The translations under genes and the position numbers were made by a program. A DNA stretch of 64,000 nucleotides from a virus. Numbering within the stretch: position 1 is the stretch's first letter; each line of letters starts with the position of its first letter. The notes under the pieces are model-generated. The model was not told the origin of the DNA and did no database searches. It was given only the letters and a program-made list of their open reading frames with translations. Positions 1 to 8,698 of this stretch are shown one piece after another. Where the stretch lies: the IMG/VR virus record IMGVR_UViG_3300037418_004082, one strand, 5' to 3'.

Positions 1-1
1 G

Positions 2-925
2 CTCACGAACGCTCGCGAGTGCGGCCTCGTGTCGTGGACGGCGCTGGAGGATCAGGAGCGCGAGCTGGTGACGCGCCCGCAGTGGAAGAACGCGCAGCGC
101 TTCATGGAGATCGTGATGCCGCAGTTCCACATCGACATGTGGGACAACCAGCCGCGTCGCGTCGAGGTGTGGGTCGAGAAGAAGGCCCTCTTGAACGCCG
201 TGCGACGCGTGTGCCACCCGCTCGACGTGCCCTACATCGCGTGCAAGGGCTACATGTCGGCCACGGAAGAGTGGCTCGCCGGCCAGCGCATCAAGCGGTA
301 CGCGGAGGTGTTCGGCCAGGAGACCACCATCATCTACCTGGGGGACCACGATCCCTCGGGCATCCACATGACGGAAGACCACATCACGCGTCTCGCGCGT
401 TTCGCGGAACGTCCCGTGGATGTGCGCCGTGTCGGTCTGAACTACGACCAGGTGCTGCGCTACAAGCCCCCTACCAACCCGACCAAAGACAAGGACTCGC
501 GCTCGCCGGAGTACATCGCCACGTTCTGGGACGCGGAGCCGACGGACTACTGCTTGGCTTGCGGCGACACCAAGCACGCGCCTAACGAGGATTGCGCGAG
601 CACGGCGCCGTGCTGGGAGCTTGACGCGTTGTCGCCGCGTCTCATCTCGCTCATCGTGAAGCGTGCAATCCTCGACGTGCGAGACAACGATGCGTGGGAT
701 GTGCGCGTGGAGTTCTTCAAGCAGGAGCAGCTCAAGCTCGCCAAGGCCGCCAACATGAACGTCGAGGACCTGGAGACCGACGACGATCCGCTGTACTCTT
801 ACGAGGAAGAAGAGCTGGACGACGAGCACGAAGAAGAGGATGACGAGAGCGAGGAAGAAGCCGAAGACCGCGCTCGTCGCGAGTACACCGGTGACGACGG
901 CGTCAGCGACCCGTTCGACGACTAA
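2..925 (+). CDS. Toprim-domain protein, Topo VI-A/Spo11/mini-A-like (5' truncated), with acidic C-terminal tail
   Basis: Frame is open from the window edge (LTNARECGLVSWTALED). Contains WDNQPRRVEVWVEKKAL (Toprim Glu) and IIYLGDHDPSG (DxD motif). D/E-rich tail. Confidence 0.7.
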   Translation, partial: LTNARECGLVSWTALEDQERELVTRPQWKNAQRFMEIVMPQFHIDMWDNQPRRVEVWVEKKALLNAVRRVCHPLDVPYIACKGYMSATEEWLAGQRIKRYAEVFGQETTIIYLGDHDPSGIHMTEDHITRLARFAERPVDVRRVGLNYDQVLRYKPPTNPTKDKDSRSPEYIATFWDAEPTDYCLACGDTKHAPNEDCASTAPCWELDALSPRLISLIVKRAILDVRDNDAWDVRVEFFKQEQLKLAKAANMNVEDLETDDDPLYSYEEEELDDEHEEEDDESEEEAEDRARREYTGDDGVSDPFDD

Positions 926-970
926 CGCTCGTATGGTATGATGTGTCCTTCGCACAAAGGAGGACGCATC

Positions 971-1279
971 ATGACCCGTATCACCGCCGCTTCCCTCGCC
1001 GTCGTGCTCGCCGGCACCTTGATGGTCGTCAAGCCTACCAAGGCCAACGACGTGGACCGCAGCACCTACCGCAGCGACACCGGCATCACCACGCCCATCG
1101 TCGCCAACCGGGGAGCTTCCCGCGAGGTCTGGGAATACAAGGTGGAGGAGTTCCCGCTCGCCAAGGACAAGCACTTCGAGGTGTGGCTTAACGAGCGAGG
1201 CAAGCAGGGTTGGGAAGTTTGCGGCGGCTCGCCGTTCCTCAACCGCTTCATGTTCAAGCGGCGCACGTACCGCTTCTAG
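971..1279 (+). CDS. Exported DUF4177-like protein
   Basis: SD AAGGAGG; hydrophobic N-terminus; WEYKVE..LNERGKQGWEV...FMFKR pattern. Confidence 0.65.
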   Translation: MTRITAASLAVVLAGTLMVVKPTKANDVDRSTYRSDTGITTPIVANRGASREVWEYKVEEFPLAKDKHFEVWLNERGKQGWEVCGGSPFLNRFMFKRRTYRF

Positions 1280-1330
1280 TTCACACGGTTCGCATCACGT
1301 TCGACGCACATTCGCATCAAGGAGGTTCAC

Positions 1331-1540
1331 ATGAACGGCCGCGTGGTTGGCTACAAGATGCACCCGGACACGCCTTTCGTTGGCGATCCGCCCGTGCCCC
1401 AGAGCCCCGATGGCACGACGCCCATCATGCCCCTGTACGACACGTTCACGATCGAGGTGCGTGCGACACGTGGCAGCTACGAGCACGGCGCGCTGCTGCA
1501 GAAGATGCAGTACGGCACGGAGTTCCACGTCAATGCCTAA
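1331..1540 (+). CDS. Hypothetical protein
   Basis: AAGGAGG SD; stop overlaps next start. Confidence 0.7.
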   Translation: MNGRVVGYKMHPDTPFVGDPPVPQSPDGTTPIMPLYDTFTIEVRATRGSYEHGALLQKMQYGTEFHVNA

Positions 1541-1886
1541 CTTCGCGATCACCATCCCCAAGGCGTTCTCCTGGGACGACTTCATGCGCGAGATGGACGT
1601 GCTCGCGAACAACATGGGCGAGACCAAGAACGTGCGCTTCCAGGGCAAGCCGCAGATGATGCAGCCCGGAGACCGCATGTACATCGTCTACGACGGCTTC
1701 GTGCGGGGCTACCTGGTGTACGAGGGCCACGTGTTCCTGCCGTCCGACTGGACGTGCTCGACCACCCAGCGCAAGATGAAGGCGGGCCACTACATGCGCC
1801 TGCGCGGCCCCTGGACGGAGACGCCCAAGTGGCCCATGCAGGGCTTCCAGGGCTACCGCCGCTACACGCCGCCGGAGGCCGTCTGA
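1533..1886 (+). CDS. PUA/ASCH-like domain protein (tentative)
   Basis: PGDRMYIVYDGFVRGY and C-terminal PMQGFQGYRRY resemble ASCH/PUA-fold motifs; translationally coupled. Confidence 0.45.
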   Translation: MPNFAITIPKAFSWDDFMREMDVLANNMGETKNVRFQGKPQMMQPGDRMYIVYDGFVRGYLVYEGHVFLPSDWTCSTTQRKMKAGHYMRLRGPWTETPKWPMQGFQGYRRYTPPEAV

Positions 1887-2320
1887 TGTTCTGGGTCACC
1901 GTGCTCGCGTGTTGGCTAGGCTACTGCATCTTGTTGACGGGTGTCGTGGTCATCTTCACGGTCTTCGCGGCCGTGCTGTTCGAGACTTTCAACAAGTACA
2001 TCGAGCGCTTCTTCCAACCATCACGTAACTCGTGGCTGCTCTTCAACTTCTTGTTGTGGCGTGCGTACAAACGCAAAGACGTCGAAAACATCGACCACCT
2101 CGAAGACGGTTTGCGTAAAGCACGCAACTACGATCGTGACGTGCACTCCCTGCAGAACGCCATCCACCTGTTGGTGGGCGCGCTCGACAACGATGGCACG
2201 AGCAACTATACGGTGGAAGAAGCGATTCGTCACGCCGTGAAGACGTCGCACGAGGCCAAGACGAGCTACGCGCCTATGCCGCGCATCCCGAAGGACAAGT
2301 CGCGTGCCCAGGAACCGTGA
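1886..2320 (+). CDS. Membrane protein
   Basis: TGATG coupling; long hydrophobic N-terminal segment. Confidence 0.7.
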   Translation: MFWVTVLACWLGYCILLTGVVVIFTVFAAVLFETFNKYIERFFQPSRNSWLLFNFLLWRAYKRKDVENIDHLEDGLRKARNYDRDVHSLQNAIHLLVGALDNDGTSNYTVEEAIRHAVKTSHEAKTSYAPMPRIPKDKSRAQEP

Positions 2321-2669
2321 CGCCTACACGTCGGACGGCAAGTTCTACCTGGACGAGAACGGCGAGATCACCAAGCAAGCCAGCATCGACGCGGAGAACG
2401 ATGGCTTGCTGGGCCACATCCGCATCTTCAACACGCACAGCATCTGCCTGATGGACCGCCAGACGCGCAACTCTCTCGACAATTGCCGCACAGCACCCAT
2501 CGAGTTCCAGCAGGACTGGAAGCCGGACGAGATGATGCGGTTCGCGCTGTGCGTGCTGCGCGCCAACGGCACGCCGGCCGCGCTCTTCGCAGCAGGTCAG
2601 CTCCAGGCGATGATCAAGGGAATGGCCGGCGATAACTCGCCCGTGCTGGGAGGCGACGGTGCCACGTAA
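2304..2669 (+). CDS. Hypothetical protein
   Basis: GTG start after AAGGA; GC3-rich codons. Confidence 0.65.
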   Translation: MPRNRDAYTSDGKFYLDENGEITKQASIDAENDGLLGHIRIFNTHSICLMDRQTRNSLDNCRTAPIEFQQDWKPDEMMRFALCVLRANGTPAALFAAGQLQAMIKGMAGDNSPVLGGDGAT

Positions 2670-2808
2670 GAAGCAGAGCGCCATCGAGCGCTGGGAAGAA
2701 GCCGTGTCGCACGCGACGGGCTACGGCTGCGACCCCGACGTGATCGCGAAGATCCAGGCCGACGAACAAGACCGCCTCAACGGCGGCGATGAGGAGGACG
2801 AACGGTGA
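2659..2808 (+). CDS. 49-aa hypothetical protein (MPRKKQSAIERWEEAVSHATGYGCDPDVIAKIQADEQDRLNGGDEEDER), absent from ORF track
   Basis: GGAGG SD at 2649-2653; fills the gap and overlaps the next start (GTGA). Confidence 0.65.
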   Translation: MPRKKQSAIERWEEAVSHATGYGCDPDVIAKIQADEQDRLNGGDEEDER

Positions 2809-3752
2809 CGACGAACCGTAAAGGCGGCAACGACCAACCCGTGCCCAACAAGTGCACGTGTAGCAAGGGTGACGACGCCAACTACCACGACAACGACTGC
2901 GCCACGCGATTCGAGCCGCTGTGCACGTCGCTCAACCACGCGCCGGGTTGCGGGCACCTTGGACCCGTTACGTCCGACGACATCAAGCTCGCCAACATCA
3001 CGTGCAGCGAGTGCCGCCACGTGAATACGCACGCCGAAGGTTGTCCTGCCGACCCCGCTCGTCAGCTTTCGGACCTGAACGTGCACCAGGGCGGCGCGCT
3101 CCCCACGCCGGAGACGGACCCGGAGAAGTTCAACCCGCAGGGGAAGTTCGTGTGCGAGGACTGCGGCTACCTGGGCCGCAAGCACGCCAAGCTCTGCCCG
3201 GAAAACCCGGAGACCATGCGCAAGGCCACGCCCACCGACGAGTTCATGTACATGCTCAAGAACTTCCTGAACGGAATGCCCGCCCAGGACCGCGACAACA
3301 TGATCTCCGGCGTCACGTTCCGCCTGCAGGGTATGGGGCCGGACGACTTCGTGGCCCGCCTGTACGAGGCGTCCTGCAAGCCCCCGGAGCCGACGGAGGA
3401 AGCGTTCGAGGATCTGCTCAAGACCTACACGGAGCACAAGCGGGAGCGTGACCGCCACGACGAGAAGATGCGCATGGCGTACGACAGCTTGCTGCCCCGC
3501 GCACTCGACGCCTATCGCGCAAAGCTGGCCCAGAGCGGCGAGCAGCTCGTGGCCGTCTCGTTGAAGGGGTTCAACCCGGCGCGTTCACACGGCAGCGTGC
3601 AGGCATCACTGACCAACGCCGAAGCACGTGCGTGGGTGCAGGCCGCGTGCATGGCGTACGCGAACCAGAACCTCGCGCAGTACGGGTTCGTGCAGCACTA
3701 CACGGTGTTCGGCTCTGCCGCGCGCAAGGACGACTTGAAGGAGAACCGGTAG
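2805..3752 (+). CDS. Protein with several CCHC-type zinc-binding repeats
   Basis: CTC..H..C, CSECRHVNTHAEGCP, CEDCGYLGRKHAKLCP. Confidence 0.7.
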   Translation: MTTNRKGGNDQPVPNKCTCSKGDDANYHDNDCATRFEPLCTSLNHAPGCGHLGPVTSDDIKLANITCSECRHVNTHAEGCPADPARQLSDLNVHQGGALPTPETDPEKFNPQGKFVCEDCGYLGRKHAKLCPENPETMRKATPTDEFMYMLKNFLNGMPAQDRDNMISGVTFRLQGMGPDDFVARLYEASCKPPEPTEEAFEDLLKTYTEHKRERDRHDEKMRMAYDSLLPRALDAYRAKLAQSGEQLVAVSLKGFNPARSHGSVQASLTNAEARAWVQAACMAYANQNLAQYGFVQHYTVFGSAARKDDLKENR

Positions 3753-4127
3753 ATGCGCCAGCCCAACGACCTCCCCGCCCACATCGTCCCGCTCTGGCCC
3801 GACAGAATGTTCTCGGCGGAAGACTTCCACCCGTTGATCAAGAAGGTGGTCGAGAACTACCGGTACATGGGCTACGCGCCATGGGACGAAGTACCGCCGT
3901 ACAAGCATGTCGTCGGCACGACGGTCTTCCACATCGTGTACGACAACAACCACATGATGTTCGGCATCTTCGAGATCAAGCCGATCACGCTGGACTTCAC
4001 GCGAACCCCTCATCCGTCCTTCACGATCCCCTTGACGGATGTCGCCCCGACGAAGGATGATGGTGGCAGGCAAGCAGGGCGCCTGGCCCCGGAGGATCTC
4101 CACCAGCCTGGCGTCCTGCAGCTCTAA
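3753..4127 (+). CDS. Hypothetical protein
   Basis: Starts directly after upstream TAG; typical codon usage. Confidence 0.65.
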   Translation: MRQPNDLPAHIVPLWPDRMFSAEDFHPLIKKVVENYRYMGYAPWDEVPPYKHVVGTTVFHIVYDNNHMMFGIFEIKPITLDFTRTPHPSFTIPLTDVAPTKDDGGRQAGRLAPEDLHQPGVLQL

Positions 4128-4170
4128 ACCCGCATCACATCCGCATTTCATTCGCATCACGGAGGGTCCA

Positions 4171-4581
4171 ATGGGCCGCAGTAGCTCGTCGTCCTCGTCT
4201 AGCTCCAGCTCGCGCTCGTCCAGCAGCTCCAGCTCGTCGCGCTCCTACAGCGCGCCGGTGCAACGCGTGACGATCAACAAGACGGTGTACGTGGCACCGG
4301 TGCGTCAGACGACGCTTGTTGTTCAGCCCGTTCGGCCGACGCTCGTCGTCGCGCCGCGCCCGGTGATCGTCCACGACCACACCACCTACATCCACCATGA
4401 TCAACCCGTCATCGTTGACGGGCCGGCGCCGGCTCTGCCGGTCGTCGTGCAGCCGCAAGCCCAGCCCGTGCCCGTCTACGCGTCGCAGCCCGACATGCAC
4501 TGGCTGTTCTACTTGCTGCTCGTCGCCCTCGGCATCGCGGTGGTCACGGCTTTCATCGCGGTGCGTTCGAACAGGAGCTGA
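4171..4581 (+). CDS. Poly-Ser N-terminus, Val/Pro-rich protein with C-terminal TM helix
   Basis: GGAGG SD; ~20 Ser; WLFYLLLVALGIAVVTAFIAV. Confidence 0.7.
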   Translation: MGRSSSSSSSSSSSRSSSSSSSSRSYSAPVQRVTINKTVYVAPVRQTTLVVQPVRPTLVVAPRPVIVHDHTTYIHHDQPVIVDGPAPALPVVVQPQAQPVPVYASQPDMHWLFYLLLVALGIAVVTAFIAVRSNRS

Positions 4582-4583
4582 TC

Positions 4584-4874
4584 ATGGCAGGCAACAAGCC
4601 CGGTCCCAACAAGGGCGATCCGCGGATGTCCGCGGCTGGCAAGAAGGGCGGCGAGACCGTCAAGCGCGAGCGTGGCCCGGAGTTCTTCAAGAGCATCGGC
4701 CAGAAGGGCGGCAAGGCGACGGCGGAGAAGTACGGCCCGGAGTTCTTCAGCCAGATCGGCCGCAAGGGCGGCGAGAGCCTGAAGCGCACGCACGGCGTCG
4801 AGTTCTACACCAAGATCGGGCGCAAGGGCGGCGCGAGCACGCGCACCAACAAGCGCAAGCGCGGCGAGGACTAG
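4584..4874 (+). CDS. KGG-repeat general stress protein (GsiB/YciG-like)
   Basis: Repeated ~20-aa unit xxxxGxEF(F/Y)xxIGxKGG. Confidence 0.85.
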   Translation: MAGNKPGPNKGDPRMSAAGKKGGETVKRERGPEFFKSIGQKGGKATAEKYGPEFFSQIGRKGGESLKRTHGVEFYTKIGRKGGASTRTNKRKRGED

Positions 4875-4954
4875 CGTCGTGTGGACGCTGAACCTGCCGC
4901 CGTTCTTCGTCCCCTTCGTGGCGCGTCCCTGGTGGATGCGCCATGGGTAGGGGG

Positions 4955-5161
4955 ATGGGCTTGCCCGGCATCGCGATGGCCGTGGCCCTGATGCTGGGCT
5001 GTGACGTGTCGCTGCCTGGCTTTGGGCGGGGACGCAAGGCACGCACGCCCAAACCCATCGACGTGACGCCAGGCCCGCCGACGTACGACGTGCAATCGTA
5101 CCACGAGCAGAACAGGGGCAAGGCCAAGAAGAAGCCCCGCAGCAAGCGCAAGAGGAAGTAG
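4955..5161 (+). CDS. Small putative lipoprotein with basic tail
   Basis: Hydrophobic N-terminus ending in LMLGC (lipobox-like); K/R-rich C-terminus. Confidence 0.5.
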   Translation: MGLPGIAMAVALMLGCDVSLPGFGRGRKARTPKPIDVTPGPPTYDVQSYHEQNRGKAKKKPRSKRKRK

Positions 5162-5162
5162 C

Positions 5163-5429
5163 ATGAGCACGCCGAACGAACAGCCGACCTTCAAGGGTCT
5201 CGTCAAGGACATCGTGGTCGCGTGCGTGTCGTTCGCGATCCTGTGGCCCGTCATCGTGACGTTGTCGGGCTTCCTCGACAAGCCGCCCGTCTACGAGTAC
5301 AAGGTCGAGACGTACCTGTCGTGGTGGGCGGAAACGCAGGCCAAGCAGCTCAACGACCAGGCCAAGCTCGGCTGGGAGTTCGTGGGCGTCGAGCGCGGCT
5401 TCTTCTACTTCCGCCGCGTGAAACACTGA
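5163..5429 (+). CDS. Membrane-anchored DUF4177-like protein
   Basis: TM segment, then YEYKVE...LNDQAKLGWEFVGV...FYFRR. Confidence 0.7.
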   Translation: MSTPNEQPTFKGLVKDIVVACVSFAILWPVIVTLSGFLDKPPVYEYKVETYLSWWAETQAKQLNDQAKLGWEFVGVERGFFYFRRVKH

Positions 5430-5812
5430 TGGGTAAGTTCTCGCTCGTCAACTACCTGCAGTTCACGCTCGTCGCACCTGGTGAAAGCCAGGAGCGCGTG
5501 CAGACGCTGGTCGAAGCCATCGCGCGTGACGTGAAGGCGTCGATTCACCGCCACGTAGGTATCGGCACCGAACGCGGCTACGCGGAGCGCGTCGTGCTGG
5601 GCACGGGCCCACGCCACATCGCGAGCATCCTGCTCAAGCTCACGCCCGTCATCCAGGAGGGCACGCGTCAAGCAGCCGAGCGAACTGCACTCCGCCACGC
5701 GAACGAACTCGCGCGGGAGCTGGAGCGCGTGTTCCGCACCACGTACGGCTACGAGCTGGCCGTGCGTGTCGAGCCCGATCCGACTGATGATGCCCTTGCG
5801 AGAGTCGTATGA
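5429..5812 (+). CDS. Hypothetical protein
   Basis: TGATG coupling. Confidence 0.6.
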   Translation: MGKFSLVNYLQFTLVAPGESQERVQTLVEAIARDVKASIHRHVGIGTERGYAERVVLGTGPRHIASILLKLTPVIQEGTRQAAERTALRHANELARELERVFRTTYGYELAVRVEPDPTDDALARVV

Positions 5813-5829
5813 CGAGCAAGGAGGTCCCC

Positions 5830-6219
5830 ATGTCCCACGATCGTGAAGAGCTGCCCGAAGAGATGTTCTGCGACCTGCACGGGTTCGCGTTCGAGCTGAT
5901 CGATGTGATGGAACTCGTGGACGAGGACGGCGCGAAGGAGCTGGTGGGTATCGTGCTCGTCGCGGAGATCGACGGCCAGGACTACGCGCTGTGCGCGGCA
6001 ATGAAGGACGAAGAAACCGTCCAGCATGACGAGGACGGCGCGATGGTGCTGTTCGTCATGCGCATCGACTCGCAGAAGGAAGGCGACGAGGTTCGCCACT
6101 TCTACACGGGCATCGGCAACACGCTGCACGCCACGTACGTGCTGCGTTGCATGCAAAACCTGGTGCAGGGTTACGACGAGGGCGAGAACGCCAAACCCGA
6201 CGACGAGGAGACCACGTGA
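5830..6219 (+). CDS. Acidic protein, DUF1292-like (tentative)
   Basis: AAGGAGG SD; ELVDEDG..EIDGQDYAL..VLFVMR pattern. Confidence 0.5.
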   Translation: MSHDREELPEEMFCDLHGFAFELIDVMELVDEDGAKELVGIVLVAEIDGQDYALCAAMKDEETVQHDEDGAMVLFVMRIDSQKEGDEVRHFYTGIGNTLHATYVLRCMQNLVQGYDEGENAKPDDEETT

Positions 6220-6539
6220 TCACCATCTGCTTGACCATCATGGTCGTGGCGTTCATCGCGGCCACGTGCTACGAGAGCACGCGCCCGGAGCAGCCCCCGG
6301 CGCCGCACGACTGCAGCATCCACGGCCACAACTACCAGCCCGCGTACGACGAGTCCGGCGGCCAGGACATCGACTTCAAGCTGCCCCAGGCAGGCCCGTT
6401 CCTGTCCGGCGCGGAGGTCGTGCGGATGGTCCAGATGTACACCGATGCCCTCAAGGCCGCCGGCCCGCACACCCGGACGTACGTCCACAGCGTCTGCACG
6501 TTCTGCGGCCTGACCGTGGACCGCCCGGACAAGAAGTAG
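6216..6539 (+). CDS. Membrane-anchored protein with C/H zinc ligands
   Basis: N-terminal TM; CSIHGHNY ... CTFCG. Confidence 0.65.
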   Translation: MITICLTIMVVAFIAATCYESTRPEQPPAPHDCSIHGHNYQPAYDESGGQDIDFKLPQAGPFLSGAEVVRMVQMYTDALKAAGPHTRTYVHSVCTFCGLTVDRPDKK

Positions 6540-6548
6540 GAGGCTCCC

Positions 6549-7226
6549 ATGTTCGACCCCGCGATCTTCGCCGCCGCGTACGGCCTGATGCACGCCTTGC
6601 ACGGCGTCGCCGACTACTGGCTGCAGACCGACTGGCAAGCCCAGAACAAGAGCAAAAACTTCCAGGCACTAAACACGCACGTGCTCGTGTACTCCATCGT
6701 GATGGTACTGGTGTTCTTCCCGTTGAGCCTGATGGGTTGGCACGAGCCCTTCTCGTGGACGGGCTATGCGTTCGGCGCGTGGATCTACTTGACGCACGCG
6801 TTCATGGACACGCGCAAGCCCATCGCGTGGTTCTGCGAGAAGACCAAGGGCTGGTCACGTGACGGCAAGGTGCACGTGACGCACACGCTCGAAGAGCTGA
6901 TCAGGATGCAAGGTGCGGCCGTCGTGAACTGCGCGGCCCAGCTCCCTTACATGGGCGGCTCCGACCCGTCCAAGCCCGGTACGCTGCCGCCCTTCGTCTA
7001 CGCGTCGGACGTCAAGAAGTTCTACGCCTACCGCCCACGCGCCGCCTCGTCGCTCGACACCGACTACGAGCTGGGTGGCTGGGTGCCGTTCGAGCCGGCC
7101 ACGGGCTACGCGCGCGAGCTGACCCCGCTGGAGACGGCCGTGCGGCTGCACGTGACCATCGCCATGGACCAGAAGTTCCACTACCTCACGCTCGCCATCG
7201 CGGCGTTGTTCCTGTCCTGGAAGTAA
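6549..7226 (+). CDS. DUF3307-family membrane protein with large insertion
   Basis: HGVADYWLQTDWQAQNK..THVLVY, THAFMD, MDQKFH. Confidence 0.8.
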   Translation: MFDPAIFAAAYGLMHALHGVADYWLQTDWQAQNKSKNFQALNTHVLVYSIVMVLVFFPLSLMGWHEPFSWTGYAFGAWIYLTHAFMDTRKPIAWFCEKTKGWSRDGKVHVTHTLEELIRMQGAAVVNCAAQLPYMGGSDPSKPGTLPPFVYASDVKKFYAYRPRAASSLDTDYELGGWVPFEPATGYARELTPLETAVRLHVTIAMDQKFHYLTLAIAALFLSWK

Positions 7227-7237
7227 GGAGACCCGTC

Positions 7238-7462
7238 ATGCCCAACATCCTCGTCGTCACCAACGCCGCCGTCAACCGTGTCGTCAAGATCAACTTCGCT
7301 AACGTGTTGAGCTATTTCGCGCACGACAAGAAGCTCGACACGCCCCCTGACCGTAAAGGCGCCAAGCCCGTGCACGCTTGGGTCGTCCTCGTCACGGGCG
7401 AGCAAGTTCCCGTGACGGACACGGTCGAGCAGATCGACAAGAAGATCGCCAACTTCACCTAG
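7238..7462 (+). CDS. Small protein, weakly FlbD-like
   Basis: AAGGAG SD; VVLVTGEQVPVTDTVEQIDKKI. Confidence 0.55.
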   Translation: MPNILVVTNAAVNRVVKINFANVLSYFAHDKKLDTPPDRKGAKPVHAWVVLVTGEQVPVTDTVEQIDKKIANFT

Positions 7463-7521
7463 CATCCCACATGCTGTGGACGACCCGTCGCACACAGCGA
7501 CCCATCAGAGAGGCCCCTCCC

Positions 7522-7830
7522 GTGAAGTACATCGTCAAGCAGTTCGAGGTCGATGCCGTCCAGCTCAAGGGCGCGTGCACGATCCCCAACACCGCCAACC
7601 CCGACCAGCCCATCGAAGGCCAGGCCGGCGACTGGCTGATCATCATGCCGAACGGCCACCAGGCCATCTTGTCGGACGAGAAGTTCCACGAGGCGTACGA
7701 GCTGCCGGCCGCGCCCAAGCGCCGCTCCTCGCCCACGCCCGCCGACGGCGACAACACCAACCCCACGCCGCCGGCCGCGCCCAAGCGTGGCAATGGCAAG
7801 AGGACCGCGGCGCCCGCGGAGGCGGAGTAA
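7522..7830 (+). CDS. Conserved phage hypothetical protein
   Basis: KQFEVDAVQ..GQAGDWLII.PNG....SDEKFHEAYE, a common phage family pattern; start uncertain. Confidence 0.65.
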   Translation: MKYIVKQFEVDAVQLKGACTIPNTANPDQPIEGQAGDWLIIMPNGHQAILSDEKFHEAYELPAAPKRRSSPTPADGDNTNPTPPAAPKRGNGKRTAAPAEAE

Positions 7831-7831
7831 G

Positions 7832-7900
7832 ATGCCGGTGTGTCCGTTCTGCAAGGAGCTGACCGTCTGCGTCTGCACGCGCCGTAAGGTGGCGCGCTGA
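7832..7900 (+). CDS. 22-aa Cys-rich micropeptide MPVCPFCKELTVCVCTRRKVAR
   Basis: GGAG SD; begins 1 nt after the upstream stop and its TGA overlaps the next ATG; CxxC...CxC. Confidence 0.5.
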   Translation: MPVCPFCKELTVCVCTRRKVAR

Positions 7901-8448
7901 TGTCGGCCGACGTGGAGAAGGGCCGCATCGAACTGCGCCGCACGATTGGCCCTGGCGGCGAGCTGGTGCTGACCACGCTGGAGCTGCCGGAAGGCTCGCC
8001 GCCGCACCTGCTGGTCGGCAAGATGGGCTGCACGTCGCACGGGATGCTGAACTACCAGTACAGCGGCCCCGTGCCGGAGCTGGTGAACCCGGTCTGCACG
8101 CCCTGCGAAGGCCCCGGGGTGCAGCTCGTCCGCCGCTTTATGGGGCCGGGCAAGCTCGTGCTCTCGTTCCACAACAACCTGGACCGCGAGCAGGACTTCT
8201 GGTTCGAGGGCTGGCTGAAGCCACAGACGGACCTGGAGATCCTGCCGCCCGCCCGCGGTAAGTCCAAGCGCCAGGCCCGCCTGGACGCCAAGAAGGCCGC
8301 CGAAGACCAGGTCGCTCGCGACGAGGCCAAGAAGCTGGGCTTGCCCACGGACGCCGACGAGGTGGACGAGGAAGAGCGCGAGGACGACGCGCACGGCACC
8401 GGCACGCCCCCGCCGATCAAGCGGCTCGAACTGCCAGGGAAGGACTAA
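7900..8448 (+). CDS. Hypothetical protein
   Basis: Coupled ORF with typical codon usage. Confidence 0.65.
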   Translation: MSADVEKGRIELRRTIGPGGELVLTTLELPEGSPPHLLVGKMGCTSHGMLNYQYSGPVPELVNPVCTPCEGPGVQLVRRFMGPGKLVLSFHNNLDREQDFWFEGWLKPQTDLEILPPARGKSKRQARLDAKKAAEDQVARDEAKKLGLPTDADEVDEEEREDDAHGTGTPPPIKRLELPGKD

Positions 8449-8452
8449 GCCC

Positions 8453-8689
8453 ATGACCACTACGTTCGAACAGGTTCAGCAGATCGTGGTCGATCAACTG
8501 GGCGTCGATCCCGACCTCGTGCACGACGGTGCCGATCTCGTGCAGGACCTGGGAGCGGACTCGCTCGACGTGGTCCAGATCGTGCTCGACGCCGAAGATA
8601 AGTTCAACATCGAGATCCCCGACGAGACCGCGAGCGAAGTCACCACGGTGAGTGACCTCGTGGCCCTCGTTGACAAGACGAAAGGCTAG
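8453..8689 (+). CDS. acpP: Acyl carrier protein
   Basis: FEQVQQIVVDQLGV...DLGADSLDVVQIVLDAEDKFNIEIPDE; phosphopantetheine-attachment Ser in DSL. Confidence 0.95.
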   Translation: MTTTFEQVQQIVVDQLGVDPDLVHDGADLVQDLGADSLDVVQIVLDAEDKFNIEIPDETASEVTTVSDLVALVDKTKG

Positions 8690-8698
8690 GTAGTTCAC

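Noticed and set aside
4177-4245. Poly-Ser tract as a microsatellite or phase-variation site
   Set aside because: Encoded by mixed codons (AGC/TCG/TCC/TCT), so it is selected at protein level rather than being a slippage repeat.
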